Shown here: positions 8,625-18,213 of the stretch, piece after piece | Position numbering within the stretch: the first letter of the stretch is position 1 | Layout: each line of letters starts with the position of its first letter | IMG/VR virus record: IMGVR_UViG_3300038316_000169 | Direction: 5' to 3' (one strand) | Source: a virus | Length of the DNA stretch: 46,330 nt | The notes under the pieces: generated by a model | Database searches by the model: none | The model's input: the letters and a program-made list of their open reading frames with translations, nothing else | What the model was told of the DNA's origin: nothing | Translations under genes and position numbers: made by a program

Positions 8625-9863
8625 ATGCCTGAGTTGAACGCCGCGGCTCCTGTTAAGAAAAGCTCGTTTCGACTAGCAGCAGCAGCCGGCGTATTAGGAA
8701 AAAAAGAAAACCCGACGAATTTCGGGGATTACACGAATTTTGATGTTAATAATAGATTTTTCAGATATCAGCAGCTCGTTAAGTCAACTCCCTATGCTTC
8801 TATCGGAATGAAAAAACTCAAGACTTCGCTAACGAAAGGGCTCGATTTCGATGGCAAGAGCCGCAGACAAGTTGACGAATTCCGCAAGTGGATGAAAAAA
8901 ACTAATCTAGTCGGACAAGTTCAAAATATCGCAGGCTCACTTTTCCGAGATGGGACTTTTTGCGGGGTATTAAACGGCAATAATCCTGACACTCTCAAGC
9001 TTCAGCCTCTTTTAATGGCACATACTACGCTTCTTCCCGAAGGCATAGAGCATGGAAAAGCCTCTAAGGTACTTTTACAGCCTCCTATTAAGGAGTTCGT
9101 TGTTAATGAGGGAAGCACAGGGGACGTTCAGGAAGTCACGTATAAGGCTCAGGATGTAGTTTATGGGGCTTTGGATGAATGGGACTCGATTCAGTTAGAT
9201 ATCCGAGAAAGGGAAACATACGGGCTTTATGGTGAGAGCCTAATTGATCCTATTGAACTTTCTATAAGATATCTCCATGTCATAAATCAAGGATACGTGG
9301 AGTTCGTTAAAAAATACGGCATGGGGAGATACAGTTACTCTTTCCCTATTTTAGAAAAATTACTCGAATCCAATATTATAGATTTCAATGTTTTTCAAAC
9401 AGAAATTAATGACTGGATGGAAGATAACAAGAACCTTTCACAAAATGAAGATCTCGTCGGCATCGTAAAAGCGGAAGCCATCGATGCTAAAGGCTCTTTA
9501 GATATAATGGAATTCAAAAAAGCCTTAGAGACTGACATCCAGCTTGGTTTCTTGCAGAGTGACTTATCAATGGGCGACTCGAAAGGGTCGACATATGCAG
9601 CCGGATACGTTTCTGAAAATAGCAGGATGGTCGCTCTTGAAAATCTACAGCTCAATCTTTCTAATGTTGTAAATGATTTCATTAACAGACGGCTCGTTTT
9701 GCAAAATAAATCTGAAGATTCAGTGGAAATAATCTTCGATGAATTGAGCTTACCCCAAATGACCGCAGGAGAAATTACAGAATGGTACACAACGGGCATA
9801 CTGACAAAAGAACAAGCGCGGGAGTGGGGCGGGTTTCCAGTAGTTGAGCAGGTGGGAGAATGA
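8625..9863 (+). CDS. Portal protein
   Basis: 412 aa, between terL and MuF; portal-like helical pattern and C-terminal ..T.EQAREW.G motif. Confidence 0.75.
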   Translation: MPELNAAAPVKKSSFRLAAAAGVLGKKENPTNFGDYTNFDVNNRFFRYQQLVKSTPYASIGMKKLKTSLTKGLDFDGKSRRQVDEFRKWMKKTNLVGQVQNIAGSLFRDGTFCGVLNGNNPDTLKLQPLLMAHTTLLPEGIEHGKASKVLLQPPIKEFVVNEGSTGDVQEVTYKAQDVVYGALDEWDSIQLDIRERETYGLYGESLIDPIELSIRYLHVINQGYVEFVKKYGMGRYSYSFPILEKLLESNIIDFNVFQTEINDWMEDNKNLSQNEDLVGIVKAEAIDAKGSLDIMEFKKALETDIQLGFLQSDLSMGDSKGSTYAAGYVSENSRMVALENLQLNLSNVVNDFINRRLVLQNKSEDSVEIIFDELSLPQMTAGEITEWYTTGILTKEQAREWGGFPVVEQVGE

Positions 9864-10003
9864 GTTTTCAAAATATTACACCAATTAGCGCGGTAGCAGT
9901 AGCAGCAGGGGCGGCTAATAACCCTGTAAGTGTCGAAATGGATGCCTCAGTGACTACTCCCGTCACTTCAGTGACGGGAGTAGTCACACAGGTGGCGACC
10001 TAA
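9860..10003 (+). CDS. 47 aa ORF (possibly truncated) containing a perfect inverted repeat
   Basis: ATGA overlap with the portal stop; MSFQNITPISAVAVAAGAANNPVSVEMDASVTTPVTSVTGVVTQVAT. Confidence 0.5.
   Translation: MSFQNITPISAVAVAAGAANNPVSVEMDASVTTPVTSVTGVVTQVAT
9950..9987. repeat. Perfect 17 bp inverted repeat with 4 nt loop
   Basis: gtgactactcccgtcac-ttca-gtgacgggagtagtcac. Confidence 0.95.
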
Positions 10004-10024
10004 AAACCATTAGAGGTAAAAATA

Positions 10025-11521
10025 ATGACATTAGAAGATGCAACACTGGCAAACATTTCATTTTCAACGACAAAAATTAAAGTGAAACACGGCACAGCCG
10101 CAGAATGGGCCGCAGCAAATCCAATATTAGAGGCTGGAGAGCTTGGATATATCACAGATTCCAACCTCCTGAAAGTGGGCGACGGGACAACCGCTTTTAA
10201 TTCTAGTGGGGCTATACGAATGACAAATTCTCATATACTAAAAATGAATGATCAGGAGCTAGATGATCTCCTGACCTATATCCAGCTCATCAAACAAAAA
10301 AACTCAATGCCAGTGGGGATCAAATGGGATACAACGTCAAGCAGCCCGGTTCTCACACGAGTGGATATCAACAAAAATCCCATAGATGTCGATACAACAT
10401 TTTTCAACAATCATCAAATTTTTGGAAATATCAGCAGATGTGTATTCACAGACCCGACGACTGGAGAATATGAATTCGGGAAAAACGCAAGGGGGGACGG
10501 TCTTGACCTAACAGGAGCAAGTGGCCCGGTGATGGTTAGGGTTCCTACTGGTATGGTCCTATCGGAAATCGACGGCACTGATAGATACTGGTGGGCTGCT
10601 CCTCTGAATTCTGAGTTATCTCCCTGGGAGAACCACCCACTAGCATATCAGCGCGGAGGGGTGCTTCATGATGAAATTTTCGTGAGTGCCTATGAAGCTC
10701 ACGGGTACCTTGACGGAGAAACCTTCAAATTAGGAAGCGCAACAGGGAAAACTCCTGTAACAGGAGGCGTTGGGTATCCAAATCTCCAGAATTCTGGCAG
10801 ATTAACAATTGACGACGCTGAAACATATGCAGGAAATGTTGGTCCTGGATGGGGGTGCTATAACATACATACTCACACCTGGCTACAGCTGTTGATGTAC
10901 ATCGAGGCAGGTACATTTGATACACAAACAGCTTTCGGACGTGGAGTTGTAGACCTGGCCAGCGGAGTTGATTTTGCAGGCGCGAATACAGGAGCAGACT
11001 CGATCGACACTAATCTTGCAACAAACGGAACAGGTACCGGAACAGGTCCTAATGGGAAGACTCCGATTGCCTGGAGGGGCATCGAAAACCCCTGGGGCAA
11101 TGTCTGGAAATTTGGTATTGGATTCAACACAACTGATACGGAAATTCGAGTCATCAATCGTGATGGAACGGGGGTTTTATCAGGACAACTCACGGCTGGA
11201 AATTACGAGGTTTCTGTAAATCCTCCATATGTTGATCCAGTAATTGGATCCACCTCTGGATATATTTCCGACTTCGAATCCGAGGCACTGCTCAGAAATA
11301 TGTTTGTGCCCTCTGCAATATCAGGCACATCATCAACTCGAGCATGCGACTTTCACGGGGCACACTATCTAGGCCGTACAAACATCCTGCGACTCGGCGG
11401 CGGTTGGTATGACGGGTCGTCTGCGGGTGTCGGCTCTCGGCTTTCGTCTAGCGCTGTCTCGCATAACGCTCGGTCTGTCGGCGCCCGGCTAGAGTTCATT
11501 CCTCCGGAGGGGGTAGTATGA
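10025..11521 (+). CDS. Mtd-like adhesin: Mtd N-terminal domain plus C-terminal C-type-lectin fold (DGR target type)
   Basis: KHGTAAEWAAANPILEAGELGYITDSNLLKVGDG (Mtd_N-like); GIENPWGNVW and LGGGWYDGSSAG...VGARLEF CLec motifs. Confidence 0.85.
   Translation: MTLEDATLANISFSTTKIKVKHGTAAEWAAANPILEAGELGYITDSNLLKVGDGTTAFNSSGAIRMTNSHILKMNDQELDDLLTYIQLIKQKNSMPVGIKWDTTSSSPVLTRVDINKNPIDVDTTFFNNHQIFGNISRCVFTDPTTGEYEFGKNARGDGLDLTGASGPVMVRVPTGMVLSEIDGTDRYWWAAPLNSELSPWENHPLAYQRGGVLHDEIFVSAYEAHGYLDGETFKLGSATGKTPVTGGVGYPNLQNSGRLTIDDAETYAGNVGPGWGCYNIHTHTWLQLLMYIEAGTFDTQTAFGRGVVDLASGVDFAGANTGADSIDTNLATNGTGTGTGPNGKTPIAWRGIENPWGNVWKFGIGFNTTDTEIRVINRDGTGVLSGQLTAGNYEVSVNPPYVDPVIGSTSGYISDFESEALLRNMFVPSAISGTSSTRACDFHGAHYLGRTNILRLGGGWYDGSSAGVGSRLSSSAVSHNARSVGARLEFIPPEGVV
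11387..11488 (+). other. Putative DGR variable region (VR)
   Basis: Only 7 A in 102 nt; NNY codons at the predicted variable positions; GC palindrome cctccggagg at 11501-11510. Confidence 0.75.
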
Positions 11522-11616
11522 AAAAGTTTAGTGAGATAGCTGGAGAAAAACTCTGGGTTCCGGGAAAAGGCGGGCTACATCAATATTAGAAATAGAAAAT
11601 CCACTGAGGAAATACA

Positions 11617-11895
11617 ATGCCAGAAAGCACAATCTATCCACAAGAAATTGAAATTGACACTGTAAAAAACGGAGTCGCTCGCCTGCTATGTCACTGGAAC
11701 ATAGAAAGCGTACTACACGAAGACGTTCTAATATATCAATACGAAGAAGCTGTCATCAAATGGGCACTCCCGCTATCATTTGAGAGCGAAGGGGAAACAA
11801 TAACAATATCCACTAGAGAAGATGTAGAAGTCTATGTACAAACCAATGCAGCCGAAATAATGAGTTTTGCAAAGGCAACAAAATTGACGATGTGA
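11617..11895 (+). CDS. Small acidic protein after the adhesin (fibre chaperone-like)
   Basis: ORF; its 3' end is duplicated at the window start. Confidence 0.65.
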   Translation: MPESTIYPQEIEIDTVKNGVARLLCHWNIESVLHEDVLIYQYEEAVIKWALPLSFESEGETITISTREDVEVYVQTNAAEIMSFAKATKLTM

Positions 11896-11945
11896 TATTA
11901 TCCAAAATATAACCCTTCAAAAATTGGTGAATAGTTATTGGTTAT

Positions 11946-11986
11946 TAGGGAGGGGATGAAAGCGAAGCCTCGCAGTTAAGTTAATT
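11946..11986 (+). mobile_element. 41 bp fragment of an IS200/IS605-type end
   Basis: Identical to 27957-27997. Confidence 0.8.
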
Positions 11987-12117
11987 CCTACGCTTCTAAC
12001 GATATTTGCAAGCGTGGTAATTGCATCAACTTCAGGACTTGACGACCTGGACTTCCCCCTAACAGCAGTAATATCTTCAAAAACATATACGGCGGTGCTT
12101 GACCAGTGTGCGATATC

Positions 12118-12172
12118 TCACAGCGTTGAAGGAAGGAAGGAAGCCCCACTGCTTTAGCGTGGGGTAGTTTAC
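12118..12172 (+). mobile_element. IS605 single-hairpin footprint 1
   Basis: TCAC + left-end leader + one hairpin + tagtttac terminus. Confidence 0.85.
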
Positions 12173-12190
12173 ATAATGGATATATGTAAT

Positions 12191-12307
12191 ATGTGTAAAT
12201 ACGCCGAAACCTGTCCTTTGAAAAAAGAAGATTCATACACATGTAAGAAAGAGATAGACTGTAGTTATTGCGGGAAATATCGAGAATTCGAGGCTCAAAA
12301 TGCCTGA
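12191..12307 (+). CDS. 38 aa Cys-rich protein
   Basis: MCKYAETCPLKKEDSYTCKKEIDCSYCGKYREFEAQNA, directly upstream of MuF. Confidence 0.45.
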   Translation: MCKYAETCPLKKEDSYTCKKEIDCSYCGKYREFEAQNA

Positions 12308-12329
12308 AACCTGCTGAAGAAGAGTAATC

Positions 12330-13202
12330 ATGTCTGCAATGCTCCTAGATTCCCCTAAAATTAATGCCATAGAACAGAGATTCATCTCTCTCTATGATAG
12401 GACCCTTAAACGGGGAATCCAGGGCAACCCAGGCACTTTAAAACAGTCTTTCAAAAAACAATTTAAGAGTGCGACTTTTAGAATACAACTTGATAAAATT
12501 CTTAACGATCTCTGTTTATTCACGGTAAAATACACTGATTCGCTAATAAACGAACAATTGACAGCATCTACACGACCAAAACGGAACAACCCTAGTCTAT
12601 TTGCATCTAGGGAAGCATTGCCACTCACTGAAGAGGTTGTCCGTCAATCCATTGAATTATCTGAGGTTGTGGCAGAATCAATTATAAGAACTCTCAAAGA
12701 CGAGGGGATCTATCAAGAGCATCCGAGAATTCTCGCAAAGAGAATGTTGGATTTATGGGGCGGGGAAAAATACAGGGCTGAAAGGTTCGCTCGGACATTC
12801 TCGGCAGACGTGGCGACCTCTACGACTCTGCATAGGTACAAACAGCAGGGGATAGAAGAGTGTCAGTTTTATGCGACTATAGATGGCAGGACGAGTCCAC
12901 AGTGTAGAATGCTTCATGGGACGGTGTATACTGTCGGTTCTCCTGAATCAATGGCTTACGTGCCTCCGTGTCACCCGCATTGCAGGAGCGTTATTTTACC
13001 ATTACCGGTTACAGTAGACGTTGACGATTCATTAAGATATGAGAATAGAAACTTTGAAAAGCCGGTTTCACAGAATTTCAAACCGTTGAAAGAGGATCTT
13101 GATAAGGATCTTGTTAAGGGGACTTTTAAAAACATAGATAAATTCAATTTTGATTATAGAATTGACAAGTTTATTCTTGATGAGGATATTGAAAAAAGGT
13201 TA
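12330..13202 (+). pseudogene. MuF/SPP1 gp7-like minor head protein, 5' part (IS-interrupted)
   Basis: DGRTSPQCRMLHG...PPCHPHCRS motif; continues in frame at 14453 if 13203-14452 is removed. Confidence 0.85.
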
Positions 13203-14452
13203 GTCAATTACCCCTAAGCTAAAGACTTAGGGGCTTGTAACTAATCGTTAGACGGTTGTTACGTTTGGTTGATTGACAGACAACCTACTCAAGCAAGATA
13301 TACCCGCCTGAGCAATATTTCTAGAAGCATTAAGATCAGCATGTATTTCAAAACCGCAAGCTTTACAATGGTAAGAATTACCGTTCCTATTACTCTTCCT
13401 AATGTCTCCACATTTAGAGCATTTCTGAGAAGAAAATCTAGGGTCAATATAAATAACAGACTTACCGAGAGCTTCAGCTTTGTACTCAATAAACTGAGCA
13501 AGTTGATAAAAAGCCCAATTATTAAGCTTTCTAGTAAAGTCCTTTCCTTTTCTGGATTGAACTCTTATACTTGTCAGGTCTTCAAGTGCAAAGATATCAT
13601 AAGGCATGTTAACTATGGTTTTCGAAATGCAGTGATTTGTATCAGTCACGAAACCGTTCTCTTTTCTGCTGATCTTCCTAAGAAGTCTTTTAGCGGACTT
13701 AGTGCCTTTGGACTGCAACTTTTGCCTAAGAAAAGCATACTTAGCTCTAACATTTTTGATTTGTTTTCCATTAAAGAAAACGTTGTTAGAGCATACTGCA
13801 ATATTTACGATACCTCTATCAATTCCGAGAACTTTATCACCAGAAGGTTTAGGAGACTCTGTTCTAAATATAACATGCAAAAAGAAAGCATCTTTTCTGA
13901 CATCATATTTCAGAGTAGAACTTCTAACTTCCCAATTGATGTAATCTCTATAATATTCAGGAACATTGAAAGTTGCTTTAATTCTTCCGTTAATGGTTGC
14001 AAGACTAACTTTTCCATATCTCAGGTAATACGTGATCACTCGTTGGTTATACCTAATGGAAGAGTAAGTTTTTGCTTTTGGAAGATGTTTAAGCTTGACT
14101 CCTTTAAGAGCTTCACAAGCAACGTCTCTAGCTCCCTGAACAAGAGAAGAAGGAAGTTTTGGGTATTTTTCTCGGATTTGTTTATAGGTAGCATGATGGA
14201 TAGATACTTTACTATAGGTTTTATTTTCAAATCCATACTCGGCGACTTCGTTAAACACAGTGTTAAAAATAGTAATGGTTTGTTTGAGGGTTTCTTTATC
14301 TTCCTCAGAAACACTGAGTTTAAGTTTTATCGTTCTATCCACATTCATATATTACTCTTAATACATTATATAGTTAACGGAGGTGAAAAGGCTGGAAGCT
14401 TACGGCATTCCTCCACGAAGCTAAAGACTTCGCGGTTTCCTGCCTTATTTTT
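13203..14452 (-). mobile_element. IS200/IS605 tnpB-only element inside the MuF gene
   Basis: Minus-strand TCAT target at 14453-14456, left-end hairpin at ~14410-14440, right end terminating ..ggggtaattgac at 13203. Confidence 0.92.
13248..14348 (-). CDS. tnpB: TnpB, apparently intact
   Basis: GIDRG / ALEDL / HADLNASRNI motifs and CSKC-CKAC zinc finger. Confidence 0.95.
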   Translation of the reverse strand: MNVDRTIKLKLSVSEEDKETLKQTITIFNTVFNEVAEYGFENKTYSKVSIHHATYKQIREKYPKLPSSLVQGARDVACEALKGVKLKHLPKAKTYSSIRYNQRVITYYLRYGKVSLATINGRIKATFNVPEYYRDYINWEVRSSTLKYDVRKDAFFLHVIFRTESPKPSGDKVLGIDRGIVNIAVCSNNVFFNGKQIKNVRAKYAFLRQKLQSKGTKSAKRLLRKISRKENGFVTDTNHCISKTIVNMPYDIFALEDLTSIRVQSRKGKDFTRKLNNWAFYQLAQFIEYKAEALGKSVIYIDPRFSSQKCSKCGDIRKSNRNGNSYHCKACGFEIHADLNASRNIAQAGISCLSRLSVNQPNVTTV

Positions 14453-14791
14453 ATGAAGTTGGGGGTTGGAGTAGAGGCAGAAGCCCCAAAACCTAAAACA
14501 CTAGATCCAAACAGCCTTAAAAAACTAGGAAACGAGTGGCAGAAAGGAGATATGCATAGAATTTACTTTAATAATATTAAAGAATTATTAAATATGGAAG
14601 TAGAATATCACAAAACCGGTACTATAAGAAACGCAAGAGTAGATAGAGAGTTAATCAGTAACAGTAAAGCATACGGTATGTTAAAATTTGGAAAGGTTTG
14701 GTATAATGTAAAAACTGAAAAATTTGAAGGAAAAGACATTGAGCAAAAGTATTTAAATAAAATAATCGAAGAACTTAAAAGAAGAAGTTAA
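14453..14791 (+). pseudogene. C-terminal part of the MuF protein
   Basis: In-frame rejoin ...DIEKRL|MKLGVGVEAEAPKPK... Confidence 0.75.
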
Positions 14792-14955
14792 ACTGGAATA
14801 ATAATAAATTCCCTGCCCACGTTCTCTAATTTTAAATTTAATAATCCTCTTGATCCTGCTTTCCCTGTATAATAAACCAGAGGTTCTTCTTCTGTCCCAA
14901 AAAAAGAAAGTGTTCCTTTTTTAAGTTCGTGTTTTTCTATGTTTGCTTGTGTCAT
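14788..14955 (-). CDS. Hypothetical 55 aa protein
   Basis: MTQANIEKHELKKGTLSFFG...; continues the minus-strand operon. Confidence 0.45.
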   Translation of the reverse strand: MTQANIEKHELKKGTLSFFGTEEEPLVYYTGKAGSRGLLNLKLENVGREFIIIPV

Positions 14956-14957
14956 AT

Positions 14958-15155
14958 TTACTCCTCAAAGAAAAAATTAACTACCGCGCAGAGTTCTGCG
15001 TCATACTTTTTTAAAATCTCTTCGGACGCTCTCTTTTCCTCTTCATAGTATCCCTGAGTTCCTAATTCTAATCCTTCAAGAGCGTTTTTAAGTTCTGCGT
15101 TCATGATTTCAAGGGCTGCTTTTGAGTAGCCCTCTGTGTTTTCGTCTGTAAACAT
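14958..15155 (-). CDS. Hypothetical acidic protein
   Basis: ORF; likely start MFTDENTEG. Confidence 0.55.
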   Translation of the reverse strand: MFTDENTEGYSKAALEIMNAELKNALEGLELGTQGYYEEEKRASEEILKKYDAELCAVVNFFFEE

Positions 15156-15156
15156 T

Positions 15157-15345
15157 TTAATTCCCTCCGTATTTTGCAAGATACTCTTTGTATTTTGTGT
15201 ATGCGTCTTCATATTTTGTTATCTGTATATATCCGTTCTTTTCACATATTACGTCGCCGTCGTCGGAGAGCGTTGCGTTAATTCCACGTCTAACAAACAT
15301 CGGAAAAAGAACATTTTTAACCCATTCGTTGTAGCTGAAAGGCAT
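15157..15345 (-). CDS. Hypothetical protein
   Basis: ORF; likely start MPFSYNEW. Confidence 0.5.
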   Translation of the reverse strand: MPFSYNEWVKNVLFPMFVRRGINATLSDDGDVICEKNGYIQITKYEDAYTKYKEYLAKYGGN

Positions 15346-15409
15346 TTGTGTCAACCGTCCTATTTGCTTATTGCATACTATAATACGCATAAGTAGTATA
15401 TATAATTTA

Positions 15410-15435
15410 CTGTAGTAGTATATAACCTACTACAG
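15410..15435. promoter_or_regulatory. Inverted repeat enclosing a TATA-like core (putative operator)
   Basis: ctgtagtag-tatataac-ctactacag upstream of the minus-strand operon. Confidence 0.5.
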
Positions 15436-16305
15436 AGTAAAATAAGTATATGAATTAAATCACTTTTAAAACCCTTTTATACTAAAACATAAATAACTTT
15501 ACAACATGCCACCCACAACAAAAAAAATATCCGTCCTAGTCGATCTTCCAATCATCCGACAAATAGAAGATTCCAACCTAACTCAAACGGAAGCCGTAAA
15601 AGTCACCCTCCGTATTAGACGGCGGGAAAGTAAAAAAAGTTAATTATGTTTCAACATTTGACTATATACAATAAAGTATAACTTTATACATCAATGTAAT
15701 GGTAAACTAAGCCGATTTAACAAAATCAAAAACGCATACGGTAAAAAAGAGAGCAAGAGGCTTAATTTTAGTTTGCTATGTGTTTCTTCAGGTACTTTTT
15801 GCAGTTAATCTTACGTTTTTCGGTCATAACTTCGATATTCCTATATGATGTAGAATAATTTTATTTCCTCAACATAGGCAGAAACTAAGGACATTTTTAC
15901 ATATTGAAAACTCAGATTTTAGAAACTAATTTTATTTAGGTTAACATATACTTAAATCGTTATCAAGTAAGTGAAGTACATAAAATGACATTAGAAACTT
16001 GTATTATTCAGTACTTAATTATAATCTAATGTTTATGAGTTCAATGTACATATTTTGTACATCCTTTAATTTGTACATTATTGTATAATGTTATACAGAG
16101 AATTTAAGAAGTATGTTTTTAGGGCATTTCGTAGAGATGGAAATGCAAAAAATAGGTAGAAACGTATAGGCAGGTTTAACCGAATACGTTTTTAAAAAAG
16201 GTAGTTATTTTGCTATCAAAATCTATCAATATCTATCAAATTGATAGTAAAAAAGAGTGAAAGTAAATACTTAGTATCTTAAAAGGTAGTCATTGAGTCC
16301 ATTCT

Positions 16306-16360
16306 TCACAGCGTTGAAGGAAGGAAGGAAGCCCCACAGCTTTAGCGTGGGGTAGTTGAC
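16306..16360 (+). mobile_element. IS605 single-hairpin footprint 2
   Basis: Last 32 nt identical to 5461-5492; first 32 nt identical to footprint 1. Confidence 0.88.
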
Positions 16361-16412
16361 CGTTGTACTCGCTGCAGTACAATAAAGCGACTACAAAAAT
16401 AAAACCGTAAAT

Positions 16413-16592
16413 TCAACCCTCGGAATAGATATATTTTCCATGTTCTAACTCACACATAAGCCCGCAATCGTCACCGTTATCTAATTTGCAATAATATACA
16501 GAACGCTCATCGAAACATCCTATTACGCGTTTTGGATTTGGTACTTTTCTATCAAGGAAATATCGTTTTAGTAGATTTAATAACGATTGCAT
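16413..16592 (-). CDS. Small Cys-containing hypothetical protein
   Basis: ORF coupled to the upstream gene. Confidence 0.4.
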   Translation of the reverse strand: MQSLLNLLKRYFLDRKVPNPKRVIGCFDERSVYYCKLDNGDDCGLMCELEHGKYIYSEG

Positions 16593-16593
16593 T

Positions 16594-16938
16594 TTAAAGC
16601 ACCTTATCACTAACTATATGTGCTCCCTGCGGAACGATCAACCCAAGAGAAGCCCATCCAAATGAATAATACCCTAGAAGCCCGATAAATCCCCACAATA
16701 AAGGATTGTGCAGGGCTCCGCGATGTTTAAACAGCTTATCTATAATCCATCCCAGTATAAACAGCCTTTTTCTCGAGCGTGAATTAGTATCCAGGTCGCA
16801 GGTGATAAACAACGTGCCGATTATCCAGAGTGTGATAAAAACGGAACTCTGAATAATATCAAGATGTTGCCAGCCTAAAAAGAAAGTAGCTGGCAGTAAC
16901 ATGAGGAAGTTAAGACGTTCGTGGTTTTTTCCGTTCAT
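16594..16938 (-). CDS. DUF2227-like putative metal-binding membrane protein
   Basis: G..H, DLD..S, HRG..H and H...D motifs with TM helices. Confidence 0.7.
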   Translation of the reverse strand: MNGKNHERLNFLMLLPATFFLGWQHLDIIQSSVFITLWIIGTLFITCDLDTNSRSRKRLFILGWIIDKLFKHRGALHNPLLWGFIGLLGYYSFGWASLGLIVPQGAHIVSDKVL

Positions 16939-17301
16939 TCGATCCTCTTTAATCTTCTTTTATCATGTCTTCTTTTGTATCGTACTCCCACGCATCACAC
17001 CAACCGGGGCATTCAACAGTATAAGTGTCTGTTTTCAGTTTAAGATCATTGCAAATCTTCTCTTGAATATCCGGGCAATTCTCATCATATTCAACATTCA
17101 AAGTGACGAACAGTTTCATGTATTGCAGAAAACCACACCCTCGAATCCCATACTCAATTTCCTTATCCCTTCATTATATTCCGCCAGCTTCACAGGCATT
17201 ATTATTTCAAGATCGCTAATACTCATTTCTTCACGCCCCACAATTCCTTAATATATTCCTCTTGTTTCCTATCACGCTAAAAAATTAAAATTGCAGGAAG
17301 A

Positions 17302-18213
17302 TCACCAATAATATGAAAATTGTGTCTCCCCTGGCAATTCTCTAGTTGTCGTCAATTTTGGATTTTCGATGGATGTAATTGTATAACCATCCATCGAAAA
17401 TTCGGCTATACAATCACCAAAATCTTCGGCTCCGTTTTTGCTTCCATCGCTTGTACAGTCTATGAAAATGTATCCTTTGTCAACTGTTTTGAACATGTTT
17501 AGGGTATGAGCGAAATCATTCTCTTCCGATCTGATAACCACAATACCGGCACGGATAAACTCTTTTTCTGCGGCATCATGTAGGTCAGTTGCGAAATTTC
17601 CACATGTGTACGTTGGATATTCATAGTCTCGTTCGTCTATAGTATTTCTCTTGAGAAAATCCATCAGGCCTTCATAAGTCGGATTGAGAGCTCGACGGTT
17701 GTTGTGTATTTTGAGTTTGTCTCCGTCAGCATCTCCTTCGAAGAATCCATTTTCATTTATTAGATATTCAGCCGATGCAGTATTTTCAGTGCCAACGGTA
17801 TTATCTCCTTCTTCATCCTCGATCTCTTCTTTTTCTTCGCTTACTTTCTTATCTTCCTCTTTTACTTCGGGTTCTCCGGTATAGCTTTTTACAGGGGCTG
17901 CACCAGCATTACAACCAGGACTTACCTTTCCCCCGTTACTCAGGTAGATTGAGCCGTATTCTTTTGGGGAATCAGGATCATAAAAATAGAAACTAATCAT
18001 ACCATTAGACCACAAGTCGCAATGACCGGCGGGGTACTGTTCAATAAAAGCGTCATATGCTGAATTGGCAAAGTCTCCAGAAGCTTTAAAACCGTCAATA
18101 AAAGCGTTTACTTCTTTTTCTGTTGGCATTTCCTTGTTTTCTGTGGTTGCTGCTGCGGTCGATGCAAGCAGGGCGAAGAGTAGTATAAGTCCTAATGTCT
18201 TTACGAGTTTCAT
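17302..18213 (-). CDS. Secreted protein with a C-terminal transglutaminase/papain-like Cys-His-Asp domain
   Basis: Signal peptide; acidic linker; NPTY..L..FL, YTCGNFA, HTLN and FIDCT motifs. Confidence 0.7.
   Translation of the reverse strand: MKLVKTLGLILLFALLASTAAATTENKEMPTEKEVNAFIDGFKASGDFANSAYDAFIEQYPAGHCDLWSNGMISFYFYDPDSPKEYGSIYLSNGGKVSPGCNAGAAPVKSYTGEPEVKEEDKKVSEEKEEIEDEEGDNTVGTENTASAEYLINENGFFEGDADGDKLKIHNNRRALNPTYEGLMDFLKRNTIDERDYEYPTYTCGNFATDLHDAAEKEFIRAGIVVIRSEENDFAHTLNMFKTVDKGYIFIDCTSDGSKNGAEDFGDCIAEFSMDGYTITSIENPKLTTTRELPGETQFSYYW

Noticed and set aside
11518-11605. Pyrrolysine (TAG) read-through of the short ORF
   Set aside because: Two TAGs within three codons followed quickly by TGA; no meaningful extension
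11926-12117. Possible TR or RT remnant after the adhesin cassette
   Set aside because: Not AAY-rich, no alignment to the VR, no RT motifs
13269-14456. 395 aa plus-strand ORF
   Set aside because: Antisense shadow of tnpB with no recognisable motifs
15603-15630. Hairpin ccctccgtattagacggcggg as another IS end
   Set aside because: Short imperfect stem with no matching leader or terminus; cannot be supported
16935-17230. Possible ORF(s) upstream of the DUF2227-like gene on the minus strand
   Set aside because: Fragmented frames with no clear start; left unannotated
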